A stretch of 64,000 nucleotides of DNA from Candidatus Latescibacterota bacterium (GTDB lineage: Bacteria; Latescibacterota; UBA2968; GCA-2709665), in NCBI GenBank assembly GCA_965248435.1, contig OZ252100.1, positions 2,752,001 through 2,816,000 on the forward strand. The letters are read 5' to 3'. The translations under genes were made by a program, and so were the position numbers. The notes beneath the pieces were generated by a model that had not been told where the DNA came from, searched no databases, and worked only from the letters and a program-made list of their open reading frames with translations. Each line of letters opens with the position of its first letter. The first letter of the stretch is position 1. Positions 1 to 9,059 of this stretch are shown here, in pieces.

Positions 1-1061
1 CCCAATCTTCTGGCCACCTTGGCCGTGCCGATATTGCTTGAAACTTCAAGAATCTCAGCCACGCTCAGCCATCCGTGTGGCCGGTGGTCTCGAATCTTTC
101 CTCCGTGGACATCCAGCACACCATCCTCGCAGAAGATCTTTTCCTCAGGTCCAATTTTGCCCTCATTCAGGGCCCCGGCAATCGCAACGATTTTGAACGT
201 CGAGCCGGGCTCGTAAATATCTGTAACCGCGCGATTCCGTCGCAGGGCAGGATCGTAACGGCTGAAGTGGTTCGGGTCATAAAGAGGAACGTTGGCCAGG
301 GCCAGAATTTCACCCGTGAGTGGATTTGTGACTATTGCGATACCGCTGCGGGCGCGAAACCGACTGACGGCCGATTTCAGTTCCTCCTCGACGATACACT
401 GAAAATCTAGATCGATCGTCAGAACCAGATCACCACCGTCTTCGGCTGTCCGGCGTACAGCGCCCAGAGCACTCAGGTTCTTTCCGCGAGCGTCCACGCG
501 AAGAACGGTTTCTCCGGGCTTTCCCCTGAGCAAAGGATCAAAAGCAAGTTCGAGCCCTTCGAGGCCTGCGTTGTCTACACTCGTATGGCCGAGCAACTGC
601 CCGGCAACCTTGCCCATCGGGTACTTTCGTCGCATCTCGATCACGCGGCCGACACCCTCTGGAAGCTGATCGATGGCGGGACCATCCACCACCTTTCGGG
701 CCAGCCAGACGAAGGACCGTTTTGAATTAAGACGTTCAAAGGTCGCTGGGCCGCTTTTCCCGGAATCCCGAACAAAGCTCCTGGCGATATCTCGAAGGTG
801 TTTAGAGTCCGATACATTGTTCGCAAAGAACGATTGAGACTCCACGTTCGTAGAAAGAATCTTGCCGTTTCGATCCAGAATGTGTCCTCGGTTTGCGTGA
901 ATCAACGTCCGTTCTTCCTGTTGATTACGCGCGAGCACGGCATACTCATCGGCCGCCATCACCTGCAGCGATACCAGCCTGTAAATGAGAACCAGAGTCA
1001 GCCCCAATCCGATGACCGAGATCGCGTTCAGCCGTCGGATATTCCTGGCCTCAATCCGCAT
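1..1061 (-). CDS. ftsI: Cell-division transpeptidase PBP3/FtsI, N-terminal part (runs off the window)
   Basis: Not in the ORF track because its stop lies outside the window. Manual translation from ATG at 1061 gives MRIEARNIRRLNAISVIGLGLTLVLIYRLVSLQV...NRGHILDRNGKILS, i.e. a TM anchor plus the class B PBP 'RGxIxDRNG' motif. It overlaps the ftsL stop, in canonical dcw order. Confidence 0.9.
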   Translation of the reverse strand, partial: MRIEARNIRRLNAISVIGLGLTLVLIYRLVSLQVMAADEYAVLARNQQEERTLIHANRGHILDRNGKILSTNVESQSFFANNVSDSKHLRDIARSFVRDSGKSGPATFERLNSKRSFVWLARKVVDGPAIDQLPEGVGRVIEMRRKYPMGKVAGQLLGHTSVDNAGLEGLELAFDPLLRGKPGETVLRVDARGKNLSALGAVRRTAEDGGDLVLTIDLDFQCIVEEELKSAVSRFRARSGIAIVTNPLTGEILALANVPLYDPNHFSRYDPALRRNRAVTDIYEPGSTFKIVAIAGALNEGKIGPEEKIFCEDGVLDVHGGKIRDHRPHGWLSVAEILEVSSNIGTAKVARRL

Positions 1062-1386
1062 GTTCGCCCTCGACCTTGGAAACGACCGCCTCCGACCGCC
1101 CCAGATAGAGATTTCGCGGCGCCCCTGACGGATAAACCATCCCGAGTTCCCTGGACGCAATGCTGCGAATCCGGGGACTTAACGTCAGACTCGCGATTTC
1201 TGCCTTCAAGTGTTCTTGCTGTTCCATCAGTGCCTCACGTTCCGCGTTGAGCCTTGCCAAATCCTCCTTCTGGCGTAAGGTTTCAACGTGGCCCCAAAGG
1301 TAAACCAGCGACCCCAGGACGCTGACAACGACCAGAAATAAGTGAGACGTGTACGCCTTGGCAGCAGGTTCAGTTTTTCGACGCAT
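1051..1386 (-). CDS. ftsL: Cell division protein FtsL
   Basis: 111 aa with one TM helix, a coiled coil and 'RIRSIASRELGMVYP'. Lies between rsmH and ftsI. Confidence 0.85.
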   Translation of the reverse strand: MRRKTEPAAKAYTSHLFLVVVSVLGSLVYLWGHVETLRQKEDLARLNAEREALMEQQEHLKAEIASLTLSPRIRSIASRELGMVYPSGAPRNLYLGRSEAVVSKVEGEHAD

Positions 1387-1405
1387 TTTTGATCCGATGA
1401 CAGGT

Positions 1406-2353
1406 CTATGAATCCGCGAGCCGTTCTCCGACTCTGAGCGTCGCGCTCCTGGATCGGGGATTCTCGGCCCTTTCGTCGGCGCCGGCTCGAATTCCTCTGG
1501 CGGTCAAAATCTTGAGTTTCTTCTTGTGGCCACAGGCACAGATAGGCAGGTCCGGGGGGCAGACACAGCCGCGGACCGCCTTGCGAAACGAGGCCTTGAC
1601 GATCCGGTCCTCCACCGAGTGATACGAAAGAACGCCGATACGACCCTCCGGCTCTAGCAGGGCGATGGCATCGGTGAGAGACGCGTCGAGGCGATCCACC
1701 TCCTGATTCACCTCGATCCTCACGGCCTGAAACACTCTGGCAAGGCTCTTTTGCACACGCCGTCCACGCGTTTGCTCTGCGACCAGTTCAGCCAACTCGG
1801 ACGTTCGCTCGAGGGCGCTCTGCTGCCTGTGACGGCAGATCGACCGTGCAATTCGGGCTGCGGCCCGTTCTTCCCCGAAAGTTTTGAAAATTTGGGTCAA
1901 GGCCGCCTGCGAGTACGAATTGACAACTTCGGCAGCCGAGCGCTGTGCATCGGGACCCATTCTCATGTCCAGAGGTCCGTCCTTTTGATAGCTGAACCCC
2001 CGCTCTGAAACATCAATCTGATGCGAGGAAGGTCCAAGATCGAAAACAATTCCGGCCATTCGGTCGACGCCCGCTCTAGTAATAATGTCTCTCAGGTCCC
2101 AGAAGACGCCCTGTACACATTCTACTCGAGTCTCGAAGGGACTGAGGCGATCCGATGCCGCACGAATCGCCTGCGGATCCCGGTCGACACCGATGAGTCT
2201 GCCTTCGACATTCATTCGGTCCAATAGCAACTCGGCGTGGCCGCCACCCCCGACGGTTGCATCGACGTAAGTACCCCGGGGACGGGTGACGACCCAGTCC
2301 GCCGTCTCGGGTCCGAGGACCGGGGTGTGATACGCCCGAGGCTCTTGAGCCAT
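1406..2353 (-). CDS. rsmH: 16S rRNA m4C1402 methyltransferase RsmH/MraW
   Basis: Motifs HTPVL, DATVGGGGH, RGFSY..DGPLDMRM, FQAVRIEVN, SYHSVEDRIVK and NPRSRSA. Confidence 0.97.
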   Translation of the reverse strand: MAQEPRAYHTPVLGPETADWVVTRPRGTYVDATVGGGGHAELLLDRMNVEGRLIGVDRDPQAIRAASDRLSPFETRVECVQGVFWDLRDIITRAGVDRMAGIVFDLGPSSHQIDVSERGFSYQKDGPLDMRMGPDAQRSAAEVVNSYSQAALTQIFKTFGEERAAARIARSICRHRQQSALERTSELAELVAEQTRGRRVQKSLARVFQAVRIEVNQEVDRLDASLTDAIALLEPEGRIGVLSYHSVEDRIVKASFRKAVRGCVCPPDLPICACGHKKKLKILTARGIRAGADERAENPRSRSATLRVGERLADS

Positions 2354-2368
2354 ATTGTTCGTTCTGAA

Positions 2369-2824
2369 TTAGAGCAGATCGATCTCTTCCGCAATCTCTT
2401 CGAGCTTCTGATCGGCCTCGTCCATGTAACCGGCGTAGCGCTTCGAGTTCCACACTTCGAATCTATCCAGGGCCCCGATGATGGTAGCCCGGTCGGTGAT
2501 CTCAACCATGTCGAGATACTTTCTGGGGATGAGGATTCTTCCTTGCCGGTCTACTCTGACATCTGTCGCGCGGCCTGCGAGAGCTCGGATGAGCTGCCGG
2601 CTCTGGCGCTGACCACCGTCCAGGCTCTGGAGCCGCCGCATCACGCGCTTCCAACCGTCAGGATCGTAGACGGCGAGACACCCATCAAACCAGCGGGCGA
2701 CCACGAAGGTGGATACGCCCATCGGAAGAGACCTTCGGAAGGCAGATGGGACGATCAAGCGCCCCTTAGGGTCCACTGGAACGTCCTCGTACTCGCCTAT
2801 GAACTGGGGAAATTCTTCGGCCAT
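2369..2824 (-). CDS. mraZ: Transcriptional regulator MraZ
   Basis: Two SpoVT/AbrB repeats (VDPKGRLIVP, VDRQGRILIP) and GALDRFEVW. First gene of the dcw cluster. Confidence 0.96.
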   Translation of the reverse strand: MAEEFPQFIGEYEDVPVDPKGRLIVPSAFRRSLPMGVSTFVVARWFDGCLAVYDPDGWKRVMRRLQSLDGGQRQSRQLIRALAGRATDVRVDRQGRILIPRKYLDMVEITDRATIIGALDRFEVWNSKRYAGYMDEADQKLEEIAEEIDLL

Positions 2825-2875
2825 CTGGACGCCTGAAGGGGTTTAAACCGCGTTCTACTAAAATGGGCACATGCT

Positions 2876-2909
2876 CCACTGTCCACCACTTTCCACCGCT
2901 TTGCACCAC
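2876..2909 (-). promoter_or_regulatory. MraZ operator, GTGG direct repeats at 10-bp period
   Basis: The minus strand reads GTGG-tgcaaa-GCGG-tggaaa-GTGG-tggaca-GTGG about 50 bp upstream of mraZ. This matches the known GTGG-type MraZ-binding repeats. Confidence 0.75.
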
Positions 2910-3441
2910 CAAACTTAATATGATGAAAATCAAAAGTCAAGCATTTTCTACGTCCGATTTTTTCCTTATCTCTAACAAAAACAATATGGTGCACAAAAGG
3001 GCACCACCGGTTTCAGGCCTCGAAATGGGAAGTTCGAAATGGATCTGAAATCGTCCTCGACCGCCACTCCGACCCACTTTCCGCCGCACAGGGGCAGATC
3101 CTCCTGGAAGTTTCAAGGGCTTTAATCCCGGCAGAAAAACGAGTATTTTCTTCTTTATTGTGAGCCAGGTCACAGAACTGTTAGGCGAAACGAAACATTC
3201 TATTCGGTGTAACGTAATTTTACAGATCGCGCCGGTGCCTTGGCCCTGTATCGCCGGACTGTTGTGAGCGTTAGGGCCATAAATTTCAATAAGTTATCCG
3301 TATAAATCCGAGACGCTTCTCTATCTGGCGCCCTATTTGCTTCTCTTCCATCGGGTGTCCCCTCGGAGAACCCCATCTTCTCCCCCGCTCGACTTTCATC
3401 GCGTCGGACCCCGGCACCACGCGTCTGAGGTCCATATTGCC

Positions 3442-4773
3442 ATGAATCCATCCATAGATCGACTGAGCCCGGCAGGCCTTTCCGTTACTGAGAAGTCTGA
3501 AGCGGCATCACTCAGCCGGATCCTCGTCGTCGACAAACCCAGGTTTGCGCAGCTTATCCAACGGATGTTGGCTGGGCAATTCGAAGTTGTGAGTGCCGAA
3601 GACCCACTGAAATCTCTCAAGGCCATCCAAGCGCACGAGCCGGATGTCATCGTCGCGGACCTCCAATCCGGAAACGGACTGACGCTGGCCGAACTCTTGG
3701 ACATGAATGTGGCGGTTCCGCACACGCCCTTCATCCTGATGTGCATCCAGCCTCAGGCAGACTTGGTTGATCGGGCGAGAAAAGTAGGTGTGGATGCCCT
3801 GGTCGTTAAACCTTTTCCCCCGAGTTCGCTCATCGAACGAATCGGGGCTGTCATGAAGGCTCGCCCCAGGTCTGCCCATGTCAGAGACGAACACGACAAG
3901 CGCGGAGTCGCGGACCTCATAAAAGCACATCCCAGAACGTTCGAAGGTCTTGGGCCTTTGCCGGACACGCACGTCAAGATCATGCGACTGGAAAAATCTG
4001 AAGGGTCCAAAAGGGATGACATCGCAGAACAGATCGAGATGGATCCCGACTTCGCCAATACCCTCCTCCAACTCGCCAACGCCTTCACCGATCTCTTTCC
4101 ACGAAAAGTTGAATCTCTGAGGCAGGCCGTCTCATTTGGCGGATTCCAGACGATTGCCAATCAAGCCATGGCGCTCCACATCTTCAGACTGCTCGGAGAA
4201 TACAAATCAACCTCGAAGCTCGATCTGGAGGCCTTCTGGAAACATTCAGTCGGAACGGGGTTCATAGCCAGATCGATCGGACAAAGGTTGAAGCTCGATA
4301 TAGAGCTCTGTTTTATGGCTGGCTTGCTTCACGATGCCGGAAAATTGATCCTGGACCGATTCTTTTCCGATTTTTTCAGCCACACCCTTGATTTGGTTCA
4401 TCAGAAGTCTCTCCCTTCCATTCGGGTTGAGGACGAGGTTCTGGGCGTCAATCACGCCCACGTCGGCGGATATCTTGCTGTGAGCTGGAACCTCCCGGAC
4501 GCGGTCACGGAAGCAATCGTATGTCATCACGACCCTTCGTCGGCCAGGACCTTTCCGAAAATCGCGAGCGTAATGCACATAGCCAATTCGATCTGCAGGG
4601 CTCTCGCGCACGGAAATTCTGGTGAGGTCCGCCACCGGAGCCCGGACGACCCCGCGCTTAATCGATCGCTACTGAAGCTCGGCGTCGGTCCGAACGTGCT
4701 CGAAAAGTTCACTTCAATGGCAGAAGAACAGCTGGAAAGGGCGGACCTCTACGAGGTGGCGCTTTACTGCTGA
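3442..4773 (+). CDS. Response regulator receiver + HDOD domain protein
   Basis: N-terminal REC fold (ILVVDK...PDVIVADL...LVVKPF) and HDOD motifs (IEMDP, FWKHSVGTG, AGLLHDAGKL, NHAHVGGYLAVSWNLP). Start moved to ATG 3442. Confidence 0.85.
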   Translation: MNPSIDRLSPAGLSVTEKSEAASLSRILVVDKPRFAQLIQRMLAGQFEVVSAEDPLKSLKAIQAHEPDVIVADLQSGNGLTLAELLDMNVAVPHTPFILMCIQPQADLVDRARKVGVDALVVKPFPPSSLIERIGAVMKARPRSAHVRDEHDKRGVADLIKAHPRTFEGLGPLPDTHVKIMRLEKSEGSKRDDIAEQIEMDPDFANTLLQLANAFTDLFPRKVESLRQAVSFGGFQTIANQAMALHIFRLLGEYKSTSKLDLEAFWKHSVGTGFIARSIGQRLKLDIELCFMAGLLHDAGKLILDRFFSDFFSHTLDLVHQKSLPSIRVEDEVLGVNHAHVGGYLAVSWNLPDAVTEAIVCHHDPSSARTFPKIASVMHIANSICRALAHGNSGEVRHRSPDDPALNRSLLKLGVGPNVLEKFTSMAEEQLERADLYEVALYC

Positions 4774-4799
4774 ACCTTTCCAACATTCTTTGCACGAAA

Positions 4800-4840
4800 A
4801 AAGGGGACACGACATTCGTGTCCCCTTTCTCTTTGTTTTT
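4800..4840 (+). terminator. Rho-independent terminator, possibly bidirectional
   Basis: Stem-loop aaaggggacacga-cat-tcgtgtccccttt followed by a T-rich tract, between convergent genes. Confidence 0.85.
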
Positions 4841-4949
4841 TGCCGACTGTTAGAGTGAATCGATCCTTCAGGTCCAGCTCATGTTTCACATTAATCTCTT
4901 CAGCGCCCTCTGCGGTGATGCTTTCAATCCGCAATCCGCAGTTACCTGG

Positions 4950-6839
4950 CTATGCAAAGCTGCCTGTCTTCACCTCCCTTACCGCCAGCCGGAACCCCTT
5001 CGCTTTGGTCCCCCTCACCGGAAAGTCCCCAACCTCGAACTCCTCTTGAAGGATCCTGATTCTCGGCTTGGGTTTGTAGTCGACGGTCACCGACACAACA
5101 GGGTCTGTCGTCAATTTCAGCACGCTGCATCCCTCCGGGATCAAAACGTATCCCCGGTTCAGGATGTATTTGTCGATCCTGCACCGCTTGAGGTAGGGGT
5201 GGCCGGACTTTGCATCTTTGTAGATGATATTATAGGTCCTTTCCGGATCTACAAATCCGCAAAAGAGCATCCCCTTGTCCACGAACATCCTTCCAGGAAC
5301 GTCGTGGACGGAATAGGCCCCGGTCTTCCGAATCACCAGAACACGATCGTAGATCGAGGCATCCAGGATGACGTTCCCATTCACCTCGTGACCCAGGTAG
5401 CCGGATGCTTTGTCATACCGCAGCTTGAGATTTCTTTGGGCGACTTCCCTCGCATCGACCTTGTCGAAAGCCACGATCTCGGTCATCCGGGGGTAATCTG
5501 ATCCATATTTTTCGATGAGCCGTTTCAGGAATGAAATTGCGAACGTCCGCAGGTTGTTCAGGTTGGCCTTGATCTTCCGCAGCAGTTTGCGGATCTCCTC
5601 CATCTCCTTTTTTGCTCTATTGATGTCATACACGGAAATTCTGCGAATGGGGATCTTGAGCAAGGCGTCGACATCGTCCCTGGTAATCTTCCTCTTGATT
5701 TTAGACTCGAAGGGCACCAGCCCGTCCAGGACGGCCTGCGTGACCTTTGCCGATGTAGTCATCTTCTCGATATGTTTGTAAATCCGGTTCTCGATGAAGA
5801 TCTGCTCGAGCGTCTTGGCGTGCAGCCTGTCCCGCAACTTGCCCTCTTCGATCTTCAACTCCGCCTTGAGGACCTCCGTGAGATGTTTGGTGTTCGTCTT
5901 GATGGCATCTGTGACGGAGGTAATGTGGGGCCGGCTGTCCTTGATCACCATCATACTGATGGGAATGGAAGCCTCGCAGTCCGTAAATGCGTAGAGGGCA
6001 TCCACCGTGTCCTGCGCCTGTACTCCTCTCGCCAGACGAATTTCAATCTCCACTTTGTCGGCGGTGTAATCACTCACACCCGCGATCTTGATTTTGTTCT
6101 TTCTGGCCGCATCTTCTACCGAGGCAATCAGGCTTGATGTCGTAGACCCAAAGGGAAGCTCGCGGACAAAAATACGCTTCGCGTCACGCGTATCGAGCTT
6201 CGCGCGAACGAGCACCTTACCGTTCCCGTCGGCGTACTCGGACACATCCACCTGTCCGCCCGTGAGAAAGTCTGGAAACAGCTGAAATTTCTTACGCTGA
6301 AGAACGGCGATTTGGGCCTCCAACAGCTCGACTAGATTGTGCGGAAGCACGCGCGTCGACATCCCCACCGCGATTCCTTCGGAGCCGTGGGCGAGCAGCA
6401 CGGGGATCTTGGCAGGAAACGTGACAGGTTCCTTGCTGCGCCCATCATAGGAATCTTCATAATTCGTAATCTCTGGGTTGAAGAGCGTCTCCCGGGCCAG
6501 GGATGTCAGACGACATTCGATGTAGCGCGCTGCGGAAGCCTCGTCGCCCGTGAAGGTGTTTCCAAAATTGCCCTGCTTATCGATGAACAGGTCTTTGTTG
6601 CCCAAAGCCACAAGCGCAGAGTAGATCGACATATCTCCGTGTGGGTGAAATTTCATCGTCTGTCCCACAACGTTCGCCACTTTGTGAAACTTACCATCGT
6701 CCATCTCATAAAGGGCGTGAAGAATACGGCGCTGTACGGGCTTCAGCCCGTCTTCCAGATTCGGAATCGCCCTGTCTTTAATCACATACGAGGCGTATTC
6801 CAGAAAATTCTTCTCGTATAAAGCGTCTATGTAAGCCAT
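4950..6839 (-). CDS. parC: DNA topoisomerase IV subunit A (short-CTD, Bacteroidetes/Chlamydiae/spirochaete-like type)
   Basis: Motifs DRAIP..EDGLKPVQRRIL, HPHGD, QGNFG, catalytic AARYIE and GIAVGM. Only 629 aa, with no GyrA box seen. Confidence 0.88.
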   Translation of the reverse strand: MAYIDALYEKNFLEYASYVIKDRAIPNLEDGLKPVQRRILHALYEMDDGKFHKVANVVGQTMKFHPHGDMSIYSALVALGNKDLFIDKQGNFGNTFTGDEASAARYIECRLTSLARETLFNPEITNYEDSYDGRSKEPVTFPAKIPVLLAHGSEGIAVGMSTRVLPHNLVELLEAQIAVLQRKKFQLFPDFLTGGQVDVSEYADGNGKVLVRAKLDTRDAKRIFVRELPFGSTTSSLIASVEDAARKNKIKIAGVSDYTADKVEIEIRLARGVQAQDTVDALYAFTDCEASIPISMMVIKDSRPHITSVTDAIKTNTKHLTEVLKAELKIEEGKLRDRLHAKTLEQIFIENRIYKHIEKMTTSAKVTQAVLDGLVPFESKIKRKITRDDVDALLKIPIRRISVYDINRAKKEMEEIRKLLRKIKANLNNLRTFAISFLKRLIEKYGSDYPRMTEIVAFDKVDAREVAQRNLKLRYDKASGYLGHEVNGNVILDASIYDRVLVIRKTGAYSVHDVPGRMFVDKGMLFCGFVDPERTYNIIYKDAKSGHPYLKRCRIDKYILNRGYVLIPEGCSVLKLTTDPVVSVTVDYKPKPRIRILQEEFEVGDFPVRGTKAKGFRLAVREVKTGSFA

Positions 6840-8737
6840 TAGATCAGATTCTCTATGATGTATTCGCGTCGTTCGGGCGTATTTTTACCCATGTAGAAAT
6901 TAAGGGTCTCGGGGACCTTCGAGATCGACTTCAGGTTGACCTTGACGAGCCGCATGTCCTCCCCGATGAACTGTCCGAATTCATTCGGAGAAATCTCTCC
7001 TAATCCTTTGAATCGCGTCACCTCCGGACTCGAGATCTCGTTCAAGGCGAGGTTCCGCTGTCGTTCGTTGTAACAGTACCGGGTCTCCTTCCCATTGCGC
7101 ACCCGGAACAACGGCGTCTCCAGCAGGTAGATGTGCCCGGAGACAACCAGCTCTTCGAAATAGTTCAGGAAGAAGGTCAAAAGAAGATTGCGAATGTGAA
7201 ACCCGTCCACGTCCGCATCTGTAGCGATGACGACCCGGTTGAATCTCAGGTTTTCGATCCCATCTTCGATTCTCAGGACCATCATCAAGTTGTAAAGTTC
7301 CTCATTCTTGTAGACGGCAGCCTTGCTCCTGCCGAATACGTTCTGCGGTTTTCCTTTTAGCCCGAAGATCGCCTGGGTCTTCACGTCACGAGCGGCAACA
7401 AGCGAACCGGCTGCGGAGGGACCTTCGGTGATGAACACCGTGGAATCATTACCAAACTTCTTATCTCCAAAATGGTATTTGCAGTCCTTGAAGTGAGGGA
7501 TGATGATCGCGATCTTCCGGGCGGCCTCCTTGGCCTCCTTCTTCACGGCATTCAGTTCCTTGCGAAGTTTTTCATTCTGAGCGATCTTAGATTCGATCAG
7601 TTTCGCAGGGCCAGAGTTCTTGTGAAGGTAGTCTACGACGCCAGACTTGCACTCTGCAACGATCCAGCCTCGGACGTCTGTATTCCCAAGCTTGTTCTTG
7701 GTTTGCGATTCGAATACGGGTGATTTCAGTTTCACCGAAACCGCGCCGGATATCCCTTCACGCACGTCCACACCATTGTAGCTCTTTTTGAAGTATTCAT
7801 TGATTCCTTTCAGAATGCCCTCTCTGAAGGCGCTCTGGTGCGTACCCCCATCCGTCGTATGCTGCCCGTTGACGAAAGAGAAGAAGGACTCTCCATAGTT
7901 GCTCGTATGCGTGAATGAGAACTCCAAGTGTTTCGCACGGTAATACACCGGTTCGTACATGGCCCCGTCACCGATCTCGCTCTTCAGAAAGTCCAGCAGA
8001 CCGTTTCGGGAAACGAATTTCTTTCGATTGAACGAAAGGTGGAGTCCGCTGTTCAGGCAGGCATAATTCCAGACACGCTTCTCGACATACTCGTGATTGA
8101 ATTCATAGTCTGAGAAGATTTCCAAATCCGGGAAAAACTCCACGTATGTCCCGTCGCGCTCGCCGGAAACCTTTCCCTTCTTCTGGCGTTTCAGCTTTCC
8201 CCGCTCAAAGATTGCCTCCGCATACTTTCCATCGCGATAGGCCACGACCTTGAAGTGCGAAGAAAGCGCATTGACTGCCTTGGTGCCAACGCCGTTGAGA
8301 CCCACGCTGAACTGGAACACATCGTCATTGTATTTCGCGCCCGTGTTGATCACGGAAACACATTCAATCACCTTCCCAAGGGGGATACCCCGCCCGTAGT
8401 CTCTAACGGAGACTTGATCCTTCTTGATTCTGATATCGATCTTTTTTCCCTCACCCATGATGAATTCATCTACGGCGTTGTCAATAATCTCCTTCAGCAT
8501 CACGTAAATGCCGTCGTCTGGATCATCGCCCGTTCCAAGGCGGCCGATGTACATCCCGGTCCTCAGCCGGATGTGCTCCAGGGAACTGAGCGTCTTCACC
8601 TTGCTTTCGTCGTAATCAGACTTCTTCGTCCGCGGTTTTGCTCCGTTGGCCTTCGCCTTGGCTTTTCCCTTGTCCTTCGTCGGTCTGGATTTCATCGGGA
8701 TATTCAGCTGGCTGGACGATCTTGATTTCGTGGCCAT
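6839..8737 (-). CDS. parE: DNA topoisomerase IV subunit B
   Basis: GHKL motifs (EIIDNAVDE, DYGRGIP, GLNGVG), Toprim motifs (TEGPSA, TDADVDG) and TRFKGLGE. Translationally coupled to parC. Confidence 0.9.
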   Translation of the reverse strand: MATKSRSSSQLNIPMKSRPTKDKGKAKAKANGAKPRTKKSDYDESKVKTLSSLEHIRLRTGMYIGRLGTGDDPDDGIYVMLKEIIDNAVDEFIMGEGKKIDIRIKKDQVSVRDYGRGIPLGKVIECVSVINTGAKYNDDVFQFSVGLNGVGTKAVNALSSHFKVVAYRDGKYAEAIFERGKLKRQKKGKVSGERDGTYVEFFPDLEIFSDYEFNHEYVEKRVWNYACLNSGLHLSFNRKKFVSRNGLLDFLKSEIGDGAMYEPVYYRAKHLEFSFTHTSNYGESFFSFVNGQHTTDGGTHQSAFREGILKGINEYFKKSYNGVDVREGISGAVSVKLKSPVFESQTKNKLGNTDVRGWIVAECKSGVVDYLHKNSGPAKLIESKIAQNEKLRKELNAVKKEAKEAARKIAIIIPHFKDCKYHFGDKKFGNDSTVFITEGPSAAGSLVAARDVKTQAIFGLKGKPQNVFGRSKAAVYKNEELYNLMMVLRIEDGIENLRFNRVVIATDADVDGFHIRNLLLTFFLNYFEELVVSGHIYLLETPLFRVRNGKETRYCYNERQRNLALNEISSPEVTRFKGLGEISPNEFGQFIGEDMRLVKVNLKSISKVPETLNFYMGKNTPERREYIIENLI

Positions 8738-9059
8738 AGCTATGTCCTGTTGCCTGGTGAGCAGACAGACCTAAAGAGTCTCCCAAAGGAGATCTTTGAT
8801 GTCACTTCTGGGAGTCGGGAATAAACCGTGAGGAGATCTCTCGGACGAGATCGATTTTCTCAAGGGAAGGGGAGGAGGGTATGAGTGATTCTAACTATAC
8901 AATAATATAGAACACGACCACTACGCTTTCAATACTTTTCTTGCGAAGATTTCGGCATCCCCTAAGTATCACAACCCCAATCGTTGCCCAGGCAAACCCC
9001 AAAGACCATCTCGCTGATTCTACAAAGCGGTCAGCCGTCGTCTGCGGTCTGTCTGCGGC

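Noticed and set aside
4950-8737. DNA gyrase (gyrB/gyrA) call
   Set aside because: The A subunit is short with no GyrA box seen, and its N-terminus (FLEYASYVIKDRAIP) fits the topo IV-like clade better.
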